A program made the position numbers and the translations under genes. The notes below the pieces were generated by a model that searched no databases, was not told the origin of the DNA, and saw only the letters and a list, made by a program, of their open reading frames with translations. 64,000 bases of DNA from a virus (taxonomy: Duplodnaviria; Caudoviricetes): positions 7,950-71,949 of the IMG/VR virus record IMGVR_UViG_3300044708_000078; one strand, 5' to 3'. Within the stretch, counting starts at the first letter, position 1. The number at the start of each line of letters is the position of its first letter. This document shows positions 28,131-38,272 of the stretch, piece after piece.

Positions 28131-28348
28131 ACAACGACGACTTTCACTACAGGTTTGAGACGGACAAAGGTTTTATGGAGTGGCTGACGATATACAATCC
28201 TCTGTGGGACTGTCAATACAGCGGCAACTTGGAGGCGCTTTACGAGGCTTATCTTGCTGGAGCTAAGACAGCCAGACTCGTAGCAGGCGGTCGATATGAG
28301 AATGCTGTTCGGGAACTGCGTCCTCTGGTTTATTTTCGATGTGAGTAG
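28127..28348 (+). CDS. AT-rich inserted hypothetical protein
   Basis: GTGA overlap; codon usage differs from its neighbours. Confidence 0.5.
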   Translation: MNNDDFHYRFETDKGFMEWLTIYNPLWDCQYSGNLEALYEAYLAGAKTARLVAGGRYENAVRELRPLVYFRCE

Positions 28349-28552
28349 ATGATTAAGAAGCCATTAGTACTAACCGACGGTCTTGTCCAGCAACTCCAGC
28401 CGCAGGACACGCTTCAGGCGCAGGTAGACATCGACGTGCTCTATCGAGTGTTTCAGCAACTGTTGATTAGCTGCGCGCTGCAAGGTATCGAGCCGATGTT
28501 CGACGAATTACAGACTGAACTGGCAATTGCCATGAAGGAGAATGAACGATGA
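28349..28552 (+). CDS. Small hypothetical/structural protein
   Basis: Abuts the upstream stop; MIKKPLVLTDGLVQQLQPQDTL. Confidence 0.55.
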   Translation: MIKKPLVLTDGLVQQLQPQDTLQAQVDIDVLYRVFQQLLISCALQGIEPMFDELQTELAIAMKENER

Positions 28553-29169
28553 TCAACCTAACAGGCCAAGTCGGCCTTGCATCAACTAACGCAGGCGATG
28601 GTAGCCAGCTTCCGTTTCGGCAGGGGAAGACCGGGGAGATCGTCGTCCAGAACCTCCACGGTCGCTACTACGAGCAGGTCGTCCGAGGGAATGTCTACGG
28701 AGCGTCGAATCAAGCCGCGCAGGCGGTGAGCGTGGCGCTGGCGACGACTTACACCGGGCTGTGTTTGAGCAACCCGCTGGGGAACAACAGGAACCTCGTG
28801 CTGCTCAGCGTCGGGTACGCGCTGTCCGTCGCCCCTGCGGCAATCGCCTCGCTCCACCTGATTGGTTCATCGTCACCATCGACGGACGTTTCCCACACCG
28901 CTGCCGTTACTCCGAGAAATATGCTGATCGGTAACGGGGCAACGGCTTCGGCAAAGGTGGACTCATCGGCGACGATCCCTACTCCAGTCTACTTGATGTC
29001 GCTGATGGGTGGATTTACCGCTGGGGCGCTGCCGTCGTCGCCGAATGCGTTGTTCGACATTGCTGGACAGATCGTCATCGCGCCCGGTGGGTTCGTTGCC
29101 CTCGGCGCACTGACAGCGGTGACAGGGTTCGCGTCGATGGTTTGGGAAGAGGTGCCGATCCCATCGTGA
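28549..29169 (+). CDS. Structural beta-sandwich protein (putative)
   Basis: AAGGAG RBS; ATGA overlap; NLHGRYYEQVVRGNVY. Confidence 0.6.
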   Translation: MINLTGQVGLASTNAGDGSQLPFRQGKTGEIVVQNLHGRYYEQVVRGNVYGASNQAAQAVSVALATTYTGLCLSNPLGNNRNLVLLSVGYALSVAPAAIASLHLIGSSSPSTDVSHTAAVTPRNMLIGNGATASAKVDSSATIPTPVYLMSLMGGFTAGALPSSPNALFDIAGQIVIAPGGFVALGALTAVTGFASMVWEEVPIPS

Positions 29170-29660
29170 TGCGGCGGCTGGTGACTGACGATGAGGACGT
29201 GCTACGAGAGGCGTGGGCGTGGGACGCTGACCGTCCGATATGGTATCGACAGGCTGATGGGGTGTTTAATTGCGGGGGTGTTGACGATCTGGTAAGCCAG
29301 CTTGCCGATTCATCCCGCGTCTTTATCGGTGTCTGGAGCGACGTGCTCGAAGGAGTTGTTATCGCCGAGTGGAAAGGTGGAGGTTATGTCGAAGGCCATC
29401 TACTCGCTCGACCCCGCGCCGACACAGAACTACTCGGTGTGGCAATTCAACGCGTCCTGCTTGACCTGACCAACTACGGATTGACCCATGCCTTTGCTTG
29501 GGTGGCAGAAAGAAACATCGGCATCCGCCGACTCTGTGCTAATATCGCACTCCAGCCGGACGGCGTGGTAATGTGGCGCGGTTCGTATCATGGCAAGCCA
29601 ATCAAGTGGCTACGTCATTCAGTCCAGCGTGAACAGTTGTTGATGCAGCAAGTGGCTTGA
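29169..29660 (+). CDS. GNAT-fold-like protein (position of podovirus internal virion protein A)
   Basis: TGATG coupling; VEGHL...FAWVAERNIGIRRLCANIALQPDG resembles GNAT motif B; lies immediately before the small ejection protein. Confidence 0.5.
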   Translation: MRRLVTDDEDVLREAWAWDADRPIWYRQADGVFNCGGVDDLVSQLADSSRVFIGVWSDVLEGVVIAEWKGGGYVEGHLLARPRADTELLGVAIQRVLLDLTNYGLTHAFAWVAERNIGIRRLCANIALQPDGVVMWRGSYHGKPIKWLRHSVQREQLLMQQVA

Positions 29661-29670
29661 GACTTCCCTG

Positions 29671-30117
29671 ATGCCAAAGAACACCAGCAACACCAAGACC
29701 TCTACCACCGCGACTTACGGGCAAATTCAACCTGAGTCGAACAAGTACATCGATGCCTTTGCTAATTACCAGCCACGGGTAGATCCGACAATTGGGTTTC
29801 GTGCCGGAGAAGCGAAGCGGCGGTTGTCGAACTCGTTTATTAATCCGCTAGGCGGCTACTCCACACCTCAACGTGATGAAGCGATCCGACGGGCAGGAGA
29901 AAGAAGCATTGATGAACAGACAGGAATGCAGACCCGCGCAGGGATGTACGATGTCAATCAGAGCAAGATGGGTCAACTGGGTTCACTGGCAGCGCTGATG
30001 GCTCCGCGACTCGTACAGACGGGAAGTAGCGGCACGTCGAATACCTCGCAGGGACAGAACCTGTTTGGAAATCTTCTCGATGTCGGCCTTGGCGCAGCAA
30101 ACATGGCGATGACCTAA
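29671..30117 (+). CDS. Small ejection (DNA pilot)-like protein
   Basis: Ser/Thr/Gln-rich, ending in the amphipathic LFGNLLDVGLGAANMAMT. Confidence 0.55.
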   Translation: MPKNTSNTKTSTTATYGQIQPESNKYIDAFANYQPRVDPTIGFRAGEAKRRLSNSFINPLGGYSTPQRDEAIRRAGERSIDEQTGMQTRAGMYDVNQSKMGQLGSLAALMAPRLVQTGSSGTSNTSQGQNLFGNLLDVGLGAANMAMT

Positions 30118-30776
30118 TGCTCAACTTGCCCCAAACTATCAGCAGTATTCTCTCCACGGCACAACACCCCGCGCTGCTTTGCTCGTTTGGTTCAGACTCT
30201 ACACTACTACTTCACTTTGCCCGTCAGGTGAGACGTAACATTCCTGTCTACTTCTTTGGCGACGAACTTCCTAAACTCGCGCGACAGATGGTCATTCACG
30301 ACGACCTCACCGTGTTGAGCTACGCGCCTGCTGATCGCTATCTTATGCCGCACGGTGAAGGGACAGCACTCATCGAGGAGTACGACTTCAACGGCCAGCG
30401 GGTGCCGATGGTCTCGCCGGTCGTCAGCGGGCCACGTGGAACGTGTACAGTTGAGAGTAAGCGACCGCCTACGTCATCGTTCTACTTTCCGCATGATGTT
30501 GTACTCTGGGGCTATCGCGCTACCGACCACCACGACCTTCTCGGCAACGTGACGTTTGAGCGGGAGATTCAACTGGGCCATACGAGGTTCATTGCACCGC
30601 TGTACGATCTAACCACTGATCAAGTGTTTAACATGCTCGACGTGTTGGAACTGGATTACGTCAGCGATGATGCAGCGGAGTTCTGCGACGAGTGTTTGAA
30701 CGCGGTGATTTCCAGCGACTGGGACAGAAACGCGGCGTTGGCGGGCTTCCGCGCACGCTTCAACTTGAATAACTAA
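30117..30776 (+). CDS. PP-loop / PAPS-reductase-like protein
   Basis: ALLCSFGSDSTLLLHFA (variant of S-x-G-K-D-S); VVLWGYRATD; C-terminal CDEC. Confidence 0.55.
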   Translation: MLNLPQTISSILSTAQHPALLCSFGSDSTLLLHFARQVRRNIPVYFFGDELPKLARQMVIHDDLTVLSYAPADRYLMPHGEGTALIEEYDFNGQRVPMVSPVVSGPRGTCTVESKRPPTSSFYFPHDVVLWGYRATDHHDLLGNVTFEREIQLGHTRFIAPLYDLTTDQVFNMLDVLELDYVSDDAAEFCDECLNAVISSDWDRNAALAGFRARFNLNN

Positions 30777-30787
30777 GGAGACCTTCA

Positions 30788-31411
30788 ATGCCTATTCAGG
30801 ACATCAGCAGGACGGCGATAACCCTACCTGCCAGCGCAGCCGTTACGCTTACGCCGGACATCGCCATTGTTGAATGCGATACAACTTCAGCGGGGTTCAC
30901 CGTAACACTCTACCAGGTCGATGACGGTGCTTACCATCAGGTCATCGTGCGTATCGTTGACGCCGACGTGTCCGGCAACACGGTGACGATTACAGACGGC
31001 ACGTTCTCGACCACGTTGAGTGCGGCAGGCGCAGCCGTGACGGTGGTGACAAACTACGCGGGTGACTGGGTGATTGCCGGACAGTACCCAGTGACGAGTT
31101 CGGCGACTGCGACATCCAGCGCGACCTCGGCGGGTCTGGCAGCGTCGGCAGCCCAGTCGGCAGGCGTCTCGGCAGCGGCAGGCGGCACGGGAGCGTCCAC
31201 CGCACAGTCCGTGGCAGTATCCGGCACTTCGTCTGCAACCTCTGTGGCGACATCCCAGAACACCACACAAAGCACGACCATTTCGCAGAATTTGTCTACG
31301 ACCAGTAGCGCAGTCCTGAGCGGCGTGTCGGCAACCGCATCGGTAGCAACTTCTCAGAACCTGTCACAAAGCGCGAACGTCAGTTCGGCAATGAGTTTGG
31401 CTTCCAGTTAA
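30788..31411 (+). CDS. Small beta domain plus ~105-aa Ser/Thr/Ala-rich (mucin-like) tail
   Basis: AAGGAG RBS; the C-terminal half is almost only S/T/A/G/Q/V/N, with a repeated SVATSQN. Confidence 0.7.
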   Translation: MPIQDISRTAITLPASAAVTLTPDIAIVECDTTSAGFTVTLYQVDDGAYHQVIVRIVDADVSGNTVTITDGTFSTTLSAAGAAVTVVTNYAGDWVIAGQYPVTSSATATSSATSAGLAASAAQSAGVSAAAGGTGASTAQSVAVSGTSSATSVATSQNTTQSTTISQNLSTTSSAVLSGVSATASVATSQNLSQSANVSSAMSLASS

Positions 31412-31413
31412 CC

Positions 31414-32523
31414 ATGCGAGTGGGCCACATCAGTATGTTCAACAGCAGCGGTATGCATCGCGTGGCGGAGTCTATGGTTAAGATCGAACGCGAACTCGGC
31501 CTTGATTCAATGCTTGTCAACATGCACGCGACGAACGCAGCGGAGCTGGACGAGGTTGCCAAGTGTGACATCTTCGTGCCGCATACCCACTTTCCAAACG
31601 AGGTAAAGAAGCGCCTTACCAAACCGTTGAAGATGGTGTTCCTCTCACACGGTACGCCGGAGTACATCGTAAATTCAGCTTTCGCGGACGGCAAGCAGGG
31701 CTACGGACATGGCGACGGCCTGATGCTCTGGATGCACTGGATGAAGACGGCGGACGCGGTTTGCACCTTCTGGCCCAGACATCAGGCGATTATGCAGTCG
31801 ATGTGTGACAAAGCGACGAAGGTGCACTTGGTGCCGCTTGGGTTAGACCATGCGTTCTGGAAGGCCGCGCCGAGTAAGGGAAAGTTCTCCGGCAACCCTT
31901 CAGTGATGACCAGTGAAAATTCACATTCGATCAAATGGGCCTACGACCTGTTCATCTGCTGGTCGTGGATTTACGACAAGATTCCCGATGCTTGCCTCCA
32001 CGCGACCTACGTGCCGACTGACCAGCATCGCTACTGGTTTCCCTTGATCAACCGAAACGGCACCAGCTACGGAGCGCACGTGTCGCCTTTGATATGGCAG
32101 CATGACGAACTGCGCAGCATCCTGAAGTCGGTAGACTACTACTGTAACCTTGTGCGCTATGGCGATTTCAATCACATGGGTCTGCAAGCGGCGCTATGCG
32201 GCACGAAGGTAATCAGTTATCGCGGCAATCCCTTCTCGGACTTCTGGATTACCGAAGGCGATCAGCGTGGGATGGCCGATGAATTACTGGCTATCTTTCG
32301 CGGTGAGGTCAAGCCGCGCGTAAAGGACGTGATTCCGGCACTGGAAGAAACTGGACTGGCGATGAAAGCGATCTATGAAACTGTTCTAGCTGGCCAAGTT
32401 TATACGACAGGAGTAAAGAGTGATACATCCAAAATCAGAAATTCATCCAACGGCCATGCTGGGCCGAAACGTAACGGTGTGGCAGTTCGCGTCGGTGCTG
32501 GCCGGAGTGGTATTAGGCGATAA
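31414..32523 (+). CDS. GT-B (GT4-like) glycosyltransferase
   Basis: N-terminal MRVGHISMFNSSGMHRVAESM; ADAVCTF...KVHLVPLGLD; ELRSILKSVDYY...GDFNHMGLQAALCGTKVISY. Confidence 0.7.
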   Translation: MRVGHISMFNSSGMHRVAESMVKIERELGLDSMLVNMHATNAAELDEVAKCDIFVPHTHFPNEVKKRLTKPLKMVFLSHGTPEYIVNSAFADGKQGYGHGDGLMLWMHWMKTADAVCTFWPRHQAIMQSMCDKATKVHLVPLGLDHAFWKAAPSKGKFSGNPSVMTSENSHSIKWAYDLFICWSWIYDKIPDACLHATYVPTDQHRYWFPLINRNGTSYGAHVSPLIWQHDELRSILKSVDYYCNLVRYGDFNHMGLQAALCGTKVISYRGNPFSDFWITEGDQRGMADELLAIFRGEVKPRVKDVIPALEETGLAMKAIYETVLAGQVYTTGVKSDTSKIRNSSNGHAGPKRNGVAVRVGAGRSGIRR

Positions 32524-32917
32524 CGTTAGCGTGGGAGCCTGCGCCGAGATTGGACAGGGAACGCGGATTGGTGAGAACTCGCGTATCGGCAGCGGAGTGT
32601 TCATTCCTTCAAACGCAATTATTGGCAAGTGCGTCTTCGTTGGGCCGGGCACAGTGATGACTGACGATCGTGATCCACGAGTCAACAACCCTGACTACCT
32701 TGCTGAACCACCAGTTATTTGCGATCACGCACGCATCGGCGCTGGGTGTGTCATCCTTCCCGGTGTGCGGATTGGAGTAAACGCATTGATAGGCGCAGGC
32801 TCGGTTGTCACGCGTGACGTACCTGACGGCGGCAAGGTTTATGGCGAGAAAGCAAAACTGCGCGAGGTGGAGTTTGAACATCTCTCACGTGAGTACGGTT
32901 GGATGGGAGGCGCGTAA
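32420..32917 (+). CDS. Hexapeptide-repeat (left-handed beta-helix) sugar N-acetyltransferase, WbpD/WxcM-like
   Basis: Hexapeptide repeats; VFVGPGTVMTDDRDP and RIGAGCVILPGVRIGVNALIGAGSVVTRDVP; AGGAG RBS. Confidence 0.88.
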   Translation: MIHPKSEIHPTAMLGRNVTVWQFASVLAGVVLGDNVSVGACAEIGQGTRIGENSRIGSGVFIPSNAIIGKCVFVGPGTVMTDDRDPRVNNPDYLAEPPVICDHARIGAGCVILPGVRIGVNALIGAGSVVTRDVPDGGKVYGEKAKLREVEFEHLSREYGWMGGA

Positions 32918-33268
32918 ATGTCGATTGCAATGGCAGGTGGAACCTGCTTCTTTGACGACTCGGTGGTCGAGACGGCGCAGACGGTGGTTGCTGGGCCGGT
33001 GATGCTGTTCAACCTGCTTGGTTACAACAGCGGCGGAGCGGTGAGTTATCTCCAGTTCTTTGACGCGTTGCTGGTTGACGTTATCGTTGGTACAACCGCG
33101 CCGAAGTTCTCCATTCCGCTACCCGCCACTGGGGGCTACAGCGACACTTATCAACTGCCGGAAGGATTTCGTACTGGGATTGTGATCGCCTGCACCGCAG
33201 GGCCGTTAAACAACACTGCGCCGGGAGCGGGGGCGCTGGTGAAACTGACTTACGCAGGAGGTTCATAA
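32918..33268 (+). CDS. Small structural beta protein
   Basis: Abuts the upstream stop; beta-strand pattern. Confidence 0.6.
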   Translation: MSIAMAGGTCFFDDSVVETAQTVVAGPVMLFNLLGYNSGGAVSYLQFFDALLVDVIVGTTAPKFSIPLPATGGYSDTYQLPEGFRTGIVIACTAGPLNNTAPGAGALVKLTYAGGS

Positions 33269-34011
33269 TGGGGTTCTTTGGCGGGGGAGGAGCAGGCGGC
33301 GGAGTTACCAACGATGCGCCAGTGAACGCTATTCCGGTGACGGCGGATGGGGATGGAAATCTAGGCGATAGCAAGATCGCGTCTGATGGTGGTTCTAATC
33401 CGGTAATAGGACTACAAACGGGAGAAGATGGCAACGTACAAGTCCATGTAGTTGGTGTCGGTGGGCAACTTTTGATTGAAGCCGCCAGTGGCGACGCTAC
33501 GCACGTTGGCGGTGAGTTAGCCTTGCAGTCCGGCGCTTCAGCAGGACAAAACGGCGGTGACATTCAAATCACTGCTGGCTCTGATTCGGGCGAAGGTGAT
33601 GGTGGTAACATCTCCATCAATAGTGGCGGTGCATCAGATGGGGCCGACAACGGCGGAAACAGCGGGGAGATTGCGATCCGTGCGGGTGGTACAGGTACGG
33701 CCGACTCACATGGAGGGCAAATTATAATTCGAGGCGGGTTTGGGCGAACCGGAGGTGGATCTATACAAATTCAGGGAGGCGCTCGCACTGTCTCTGGCTC
33801 TCACGGCACCGTCCAAGTCTACAGCGCGGATTCCAGTCAGGGTTTTGAAGTCAACAATACCGCTGTAAATATTAACGACAAACTAGCAGTCGCTGGCAAC
33901 GTCGGTTTCTACGGTACCTCTCCAGTAGCTCGTCCCAACATTGATATGACCCCTACGGCACAGGAGATCGTTGATGCTTTAGTTTTACTTGGACTGGTAA
34001 CGCAGTCGTAA
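33268..34011 (+). CDS. Gly-rich fibre-like protein
   Basis: Repeated GGxIxIxxG units. Confidence 0.65.
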   Translation: MGFFGGGGAGGGVTNDAPVNAIPVTADGDGNLGDSKIASDGGSNPVIGLQTGEDGNVQVHVVGVGGQLLIEAASGDATHVGGELALQSGASAGQNGGDIQITAGSDSGEGDGGNISINSGGASDGADNGGNSGEIAIRAGGTGTADSHGGQIIIRGGFGRTGGGSIQIQGGARTVSGSHGTVQVYSADSSQGFEVNNTAVNINDKLAVAGNVGFYGTSPVARPNIDMTPTAQEIVDALVLLGLVTQS

Positions 34012-35315
34012 TGAGTGAACTGACAATCACCGCAGCAGGGTTCGTCGTCCAGCCTCTCCTCGATGTTCGAGATGGGCCAGCGGTGCTGCGCTGGGCGTAC
34101 TCGCGCTCGTTTCTCACCAACGACAATGTACAGGTGCAATGGGGCACGGTTAGTTCCGGCTTTGGAATTGAGACACCCTGCTCGATTGCGTCAGGGCTGG
34201 TGACGGTTGATCAGGACACAGTGCTGTGGACGACGGACGACGCACAGGACATAAGCCCGCTTTCGATCTTTATTTCAGCGTGGCTTTTGACCCCACGTGG
34301 CAAGCTCATCCAGCAACTTCAGATCGCCAACAAGTCGCAGTGGGTCGTCCCTTCATCGCTTGCGCCAACGACTACATGGGCTGACTTTAGTATCTACAAT
34401 CAGGCGACGGCGCTCTATTATTACAACCCCAACTACCTCAACGCTCCGCAAACTGTCGTGCTGATCGACAACTCGTTTGACCAGCACCCGGCATCCGACA
34501 CCGACCTCGGCACAGTACTATTGACAGTCCCTGCCGACACTCCCGCGCAACCTATCGTCTGGGGCGCGAACGACCCGTTGGTCAGGGACGCGGTGAAGAT
34601 TCAAGGGGTGGACGTTGAGGACGCTGCGCCGCTGGACTCACAGGCGCTGGTCTACAATCAGGCCAATAACCAGTATGAGCCGACGACACTCGGCTTTGGC
34701 ACAGGCAACGTCATCAGCAATGAAGTGTTGTCGGTTGACGATGAACTCACCCTGTTTAGTGGAACCGGCGGGAAAACGATCAAGCGTGGCAGTCAGACGG
34801 GGCTGTTGAAGGCCGCGACAGGAGTGGTGAGCGCAGCGGTTGCCGGAACCGATTACGTTGCTCCCGGCGGCGCGCTCGGCACACCATCATCCGGCGTGCT
34901 GACGAACTGTACGGGGCTGCCGCTAACCACCGGCGTCACCGGAGACCTACCACTCAGTAACCTTGCTCAGTTTAGCGCAAACACTGTCGCTACAAACCCA
35001 ACCAGCGGGACAGCGGACTTAGCCAGCACCGCACTGGCAGCGTCACAGCTTCTTGGACGTGGAGATTCAGGGAATATTGCTCCGATTGTACTTGGCGCGA
35101 ACCTGACGATGACCGGGACGACGCTGAGCGCAGCGGGAGCGTCCGGCTACACGACGGTACAGGATGAAGGCGTGCCACTTACCCAGCGCACCACGGTCAA
35201 CTTTGTCGGCGCAGGGGTGACGGCAGCGGATTCAGGTGGAGTGACGACGGTGACGATTCCGGGAACCAGCAGCAGCACGTCGTTCGCAGGCGTAGACAAG
35301 TTCAACTACAACTGA
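34011..35315 (+). CDS. Tail fibre-like protein
   Basis: [48 protein letters not shown] and [14 protein letters not shown] fibre motifs. Confidence 0.7.
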   Translation: MSELTITAAGFVVQPLLDVRDGPAVLRWAYSRSFLTNDNVQVQWGTVSSGFGIETPCSIASGLVTVDQDTVLWTTDDAQDISPLSIFISAWLLTPRGKLIQQLQIANKSQWVVPSSLAPTTTWADFSIYNQATALYYYNPNYLNAPQTVVLIDNSFDQHPASDTDLGTVLLTVPADTPAQPIVWGANDPLVRDAVKIQGVDVEDAAPLDSQALVYNQANNQYEPTTLGFGTGNVISNEVLSVDDELTLFSGTGGKTIKRGSQTGLLKAATGVVSAAVAGTDYVAPGGALGTPSSGVLTNCTGLPLTTGVTGDLPLSNLAQFSANTVATNPTSGTADLASTALAASQLLGRGDSGNIAPIVLGANLTMTGTTLSAAGASGYTTVQDEGVPLTQRTTVNFVGAGVTAADSGGVTTVTIPGTSSSTSFAGVDKFNYN

Positions 35316-35324
35316 GGTGAGTGG

Positions 35325-35645
35325 ATGGCCGATACCTTAAAACGACTGGTTGGCCCAAAACAACTGGCGAACTCCGCGACGACTGAGTACACCGTGCCGA
35401 GTGCAACAACTACGGTCATTCGCATGATTCACCTGTCAAATCCAACCGCTGCTGACAAGACAGTGACGATCAGCATCGGCGCAGACGCGGCAGGCACACG
35501 CATCCTTGATGCTTACACGGTTCCGGCTGGCACAGTCTTCGGCTACCCCTGCAACTTCACGATGGCGACAACTGAGATTCTCCAAATGTCAGCCTCAGCG
35601 GCGACTTCCGTGGTGGCGGTGGTGAATGGAATCGAGGTGACTTAA
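35325..35645 (+). CDS. Small structural beta-sandwich protein
   Basis: GAGGTG RBS; EYTVPSATTTVIRMIHLSN. Confidence 0.6.
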   Translation: MADTLKRLVGPKQLANSATTEYTVPSATTTVIRMIHLSNPTAADKTVTISIGADAAGTRILDAYTVPAGTVFGYPCNFTMATTEILQMSASAATSVVAVVNGIEVT

Positions 35646-36205
35646 TGGCCGGGAACCTCATTGAGCATGTCACGCCGCCTGTTACAAGGTTCGTTGACGC
35701 GGCGGTTGTCAATGTCTTCTCGCCTGAATGTCTCGGTATGGACTACCTCGTCACGGACAATGGAATTCCCTCGACCGCGTGGACTGCGAACCTGTTGGTC
35801 TACGTACCGCTGATCACCGCCAACGCGCTCATCGTCAGCCAGTTCTTCTGGTACAACGGGACAGCGGTCAGCGGCAACAGCGATGCTGGGATCTACACTG
35901 AAGACGGAATGACAAAGTTGGTGAGTACCGGATCGACGGCGAACGCGGGTACGTCACAGTTTCAGGCAACGAACATCACAGACGTAACGCTTCCGGCCAA
36001 TCGACGCTTGTGGCTAGCTCTCGGTTGCGACAACGGCACCCAAACCTATCGCTGCACCGATCTGATCGTCTCCGGGCTGGAGTTCATCGGCGTGAAACAG
36101 CAAGCGTCCGGCTGGTCGTCAGGTCTGCCAACGTCGGCGACGTTCGCTGCACCATCTATTGCCAAAATGCCAATCTTCGGGTTCACCGGAAAGGCGGTGT
36201 TCTAG
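35645..36205 (+). CDS. Beta-sandwich protein, paralog A
   Basis: Aligns with the next gene (AWTANLLVYVP...GNSDAGIY...LVSTGSTANAGT...LWLAL). Confidence 0.7.
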   Translation: MAGNLIEHVTPPVTRFVDAAVVNVFSPECLGMDYLVTDNGIPSTAWTANLLVYVPLITANALIVSQFFWYNGTAVSGNSDAGIYTEDGMTKLVSTGSTANAGTSQFQATNITDVTLPANRRLWLALGCDNGTQTYRCTDLIVSGLEFIGVKQQASGWSSGLPTSATFAAPSIAKMPIFGFTGKAVF

Positions 36206-36206
36206 G

Positions 36207-36758
36207 GTGATAGGCCAGTACCTGCAACAAACACGATTGCTGAGACCGACGCCGATTCGCATCAGTTCGCTGGGACGGTTCAATAGCGTGTGCGAGTCGC
36301 TGTTAGCTGGTGCTGCGGTGCCTACCTTCACGTCGCAAGCGTGGCCTGCGAACAATCAGGCGGTGTACGCGCCGATTCGCGTGCCGGGACGGTTTACAGT
36401 GGCGAGGTTCGTGATTGCCAACGGATCGAACGCAACTGGCAACGTGGACATCGGCCTGTACGACGACAACGGCAATCGACTGTTGAGCACAGGATCGACG
36501 GCTCGTGCTGGTACTACCGCGCTCCAGTATATCGGCGTGACTGATCAATCCTTTCCACCGGGGCGCTACTATCTTGCGCTGGTTGCAAGTTCAACCACCG
36601 GGAGTTTTATGCGTACGGCGACATCAGACCAGTCTCCATCAGCGGGATTCTTGCAAGAAGCGCTGGGAGCAACGACATTGCCAGTTACGATGACGCCAGC
36701 GAATTACACATCAACATCGCTGTTCTTCTACGGCTTCAGCCAGTCAGACACATTATGA
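36207..36758 (+). CDS. Beta-sandwich protein, paralog B
   Basis: GTG at 36207; AWPANNQAVYAP...GNVDIGLY...LLSTGSTARAGT...YYLAL. Confidence 0.7.
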   Translation: MIGQYLQQTRLLRPTPIRISSLGRFNSVCESLLAGAAVPTFTSQAWPANNQAVYAPIRVPGRFTVARFVIANGSNATGNVDIGLYDDNGNRLLSTGSTARAGTTALQYIGVTDQSFPPGRYYLALVASSTTGSFMRTATSDQSPSAGFLQEALGATTLPVTMTPANYTSTSLFFYGFSQSDTL

Positions 36759-38272
36759 AATCGTTACTAATCACCCTTGTAATACCTATCGTCGTCATGG
36801 CCCAAGCGGCGAACCAGTTTCGACAGGTCACGTTCGCTAATCTGGGTGTTCCTGCCGACAATCAGGTCAGGTACGTCGTGGACGGTGGTGTCGATCCGGT
36901 TACAGGCGTATGTGTTGGTGGATCGTCAGGTGCCTACGCCTTCCGTGTCGGCAGTTTGTGGAAGTGTTCGATCTTTGCGCCGAGTGGCACCAGCGGTGGA
37001 GATGTGACTTCGAACACGGCAACGGCATCTATCGGCCAAGCGGCGATCTTCTCCAACACCACTGGTAAACAGATTGGACGGTTCACGTCGTCGGGCTGGG
37101 TGCGTGCAACTGGTGGGGTACTCAATACGCAGGCATCGATTAACGCGGCGACGGACATCAGTGGCAACTTACCTGTGGCTAACCTCAACAGCGGGTCGAA
37201 TGCGTCAGCGTCAACCTTCTGGCGCGGCGACGGCGTATGGGCCACCCCGGCAGGTGGCGGCACTGTAACCAGCGTCTCAGCCACCAGTAACGTCAGCGGG
37301 TTAAGCTTCGTCGTCAACACCGCGACATCTACCCCGGCCATCATCCTCAACGGCACGCCGAACATTGCCGGGACAAATGTAACAAGTGGGGTGGTGCCGG
37401 TTGCACGACTAGGCACGGGGACGCCGACGATCTCCACCTTCCTGCGCGGCGATGGATCGTGGGCGGCAACAGGCGCAGGGATTGGCTCGGTTACGTCAGT
37501 CGCGCTCAGTTTACCGAACATCTTCAGTGTCAGCGGTTCGCCAGTGACGACGACAGGGACGCTGACAGGAACACTTGCCACACAGACTGCAAACACCGTG
37601 TTTGGCGGGCCGACGACAGGGAGCGCAGCGGCACCGTCGTTTCGCGCGTTGGTAGCAGCAGATATTCCATCGCTCGACGCGGCGAAGATTGCGACAGGGA
37701 CGATAGCCACCGCCCGGCTGGGGTCAGGCTCAGCTATTTCATCCACCTGCCTGCTTGGCAACAGCACGTGGGGAGCATGTGGCGCAGGGAGCGGGCCAGC
37801 GGGGTCGGTGGGACAGTTCCAGTTCAATAACTCCAGCGCGTTTGGCGGCGCATCTAACTTCCTATTCAACTCCACCACAGGCCAAGTAACGCTGAATCAG
37901 GGTGGTAACGGCAACGTGGCCCTCTACGGCAAACGCATCACCGACACTTCTCCCACCGGCAACTTCATCCAGTTTCAGAATCAGGCAGGCAGCACCGACC
38001 TGTTCAAAGTCGATGTCAACGGCAACACGACGCTTGGCGGCACGCTGGCATTGGATAGCGCCGGGGCCAGTGACGGGATTCTGGTGGTGAGTTCGGCGGC
38101 AAGTGGCGGCGGGGTGCAGTTAACGTCAGGGACGAAGCCGACGTGCAACGCTGCCAACCGTGGTCTTATCTGGTATACCGCTGGTGGTGTCGGCGTGGCT
38201 GATACAGCGGAAATTTGCGCAAAGTCAAGTGGCGATGTTTACGCATACCGAAGCATTGCCGTCATCCCATGA
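36755..38272 (+). CDS. Signal-peptide-bearing protein with tail-fibre-type repeats
   Basis: MKSLLITLVIPIVVMAQA|; three repeats of G-x-[LVI]-x-x-A-x-L-x-[ST]G...[ST]-x-[FL]-x-GD/N-x-x-W. Confidence 0.7.
   Translation: MKSLLITLVIPIVVMAQAANQFRQVTFANLGVPADNQVRYVVDGGVDPVTGVCVGGSSGAYAFRVGSLWKCSIFAPSGTSGGDVTSNTATASIGQAAIFSNTTGKQIGRFTSSGWVRATGGVLNTQASINAATDISGNLPVANLNSGSNASASTFWRGDGVWATPAGGGTVTSVSATSNVSGLSFVVNTATSTPAIILNGTPNIAGTNVTSGVVPVARLGTGTPTISTFLRGDGSWAATGAGIGSVTSVALSLPNIFSVSGSPVTTTGTLTGTLATQTANTVFGGPTTGSAAAPSFRALVAADIPSLDAAKIATGTIATARLGSGSAISSTCLLGNSTWGACGAGSGPAGSVGQFQFNNSSAFGGASNFLFNSTTGQVTLNQGGNGNVALYGKRITDTSPTGNFIQFQNQAGSTDLFKVDVNGNTTLGGTLALDSAGASDGILVVSSAASGGGVQLTSGTKPTCNAANRGLIWYTAGGVGVADTAEICAKSSGDVYAYRSIAVIP

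Noticed and set aside
30117-30776. Dnd phosphorothioation or sulfate-assimilation AMG
   Set aside because: Only a short PP-loop-like protein is present, with no other dnd or cys genes; function left open.
35645-36758. Diversity-generating retroelement (TR/VR pair)
   Set aside because: The paralogs are diverged at all bases rather than only adenines, and there is no reverse transcriptase in the window.
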